Under the pieces are notes generated by a model, which had not been told where the DNA came from, made no database searches, and worked only from the letters and a program-made list of their open reading frames with translations. A program made the position numbers and the translations under genes. From positions 1 through 48,549 of the forward strand of contig KZ538940.1 of assembly GCA_000934665.2 (NCBI GenBank): 48,549 nt of DNA. The letters run 5' to 3'. Source of the DNA: Catajapyx aquilonaris (Eukaryota). Positions 47,118-48,549 of this stretch are shown piece by piece; position 1 is the stretch's first letter; each line of letters opens with the position of its first letter.

Positions 47118-48549
47118 AAAAGAAGAGCATGTAAATGCATTATTTACATGCGTTGTATGTTAAACATAAAGGTGCCCCTGTTTAAAAGAATAACTGCCTC
47201 GCTTTAACACCTTCAGCATAAATTGATAAGTTAGTGCCCCCTGCAACAGAGAGGTTTACACTAGATCCTGAGCTGCTGGTCATTAGTATTTTTCACTCTG
47301 TTGCAGTGTATACAGTATAATGGTCTTCCTGTTATAATCTCACATACCACTGTGGGTGCATACTCAAAATTTTGTTTCAAAAAGCTGATACTAAAGTTGT
47401 TGCAAACAAAGGAGGGTATTATTGATGCTACAATGGCAACAATGACTTTCAACAATACTTCAATACCTACAATGTAATTGACAAATTAAGGCTGCTCATG
47501 ATGTCAGGTACCTTTTCTGCACGCAGCAATTGCAGAGTCAACAGCCATAGGTGGCAGTGAAAAGTAGGCCTACTCCAGCAATGCAATTATGCACATTAAG
47601 ACAAAGGTATGATTTCCATGTATGTATGGGACATAATCACAGCATTGCTTTCCATATTCAAGGTTTCTCAAGCTTTTGTGGCATTTACTATTTTCCCACA
47701 TGCATATTCCTTGGCTTTGACTGTACTGCCAGATCATGACTGTGATGCATTCAGTAATGGTTGGGAATGTAAAAGGGGGACAACTATAGTAATCCATGGC
47801 TGGGTTGAACTATAATGCTCCAGAGCCCAGAAGACTCTTGATGAACATGCAGGTGAATAACAAGAAAGAACATGAGATAAAATAAATGACAATAACAAGA
47901 GAAATAGGAATGTGTGAAAGGTAATATAATGGGAATCCACATGGGTGTTCCATGACAGATGTCGCTTTTGCTGCATGCTCAAACATTGTACTCTTTTTTC
48001 AAAGCTCCTGTTTTGTGCAGCCAAATATCATATATTTCATTTTTTTGACAGTAAGTTATTCATTTTGTACAAGCTGAATACTCATTCTCCACATTGGAAC
48101 TTACAAAGAAATCCAATTTGAATTAATGAAACATTACTGTATTTTGTGAATAATTATGCATATTCATTGGGCATACATGTAGTACGCTGAGGTTCTATGT
48201 CTGAGAGTATATGAAGATTCCATGTGCTCGAGGGAGGGATAGCTTCGAACACATGAGCATTAGCCTATTTTGGCCTGAACAAAGCTGTACCGGACCAGTA
48301 TTTCATATAAATAGTGTAGCCAACATGCTCATTGCTCAGTCTGACAAACAGTTAGTGGATAATTATGATGCAAGGAAAGAGCAAAGAGGGAGGCTTGAAC
48401 AGTGGGAACATGGCTTCAACAGTACCAAGTTACATGCTCCATGCTCAGACCCTTATTATTATTATTAGTTTCTAGGCAGAGAGTTAGAGATATACAATTC
48501 ATGTGGGAGTTTGATTAATATATGTGAGTAATAAGAAATGTATTGTCAA

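Overview
This is eukaryotic (invertebrate, probably arthropod) nuclear DNA rather than prokaryotic DNA. It has GT-AG introns, tRNA-derived SINEs and dense, often nested DNA-transposon relics (Tc1/mariner, pogo, hAT, piggyBac-like, Kolobok-like, P-like), so most ORFs in the supplied track are spurious. Genes reconstructed by hand: (1) the 3' part of a USP8-like deubiquitinase on + (9 exons, 2751-17854), with an intact frame and catalytic triad but a divergent Cys box; (2) two tandem Akirin-like paralogs on -, where copy A (32.8-33.6 kb) has a premature stop and a broken PSYLS tail, and copy B (23.9-27.0 kb) is an open ~142-aa ORF with a candidate new first exon and a tail recruited from the ancestral 3' UTR; (3) between them, a two-exon 348-aa acidic/disordered gene I cannot assign to a family, with a UIM-like and an MIU-like motif and an acidic-Trp C-terminus. 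The best candidate for something undescribed is this cluster of derived ubiquitin/proteasome-related genes, but that is inference. Five different retroposon copies also share a 3' hairpin, with inner-stem covariation in four. All coordinates were read by eye and no database searches were run.
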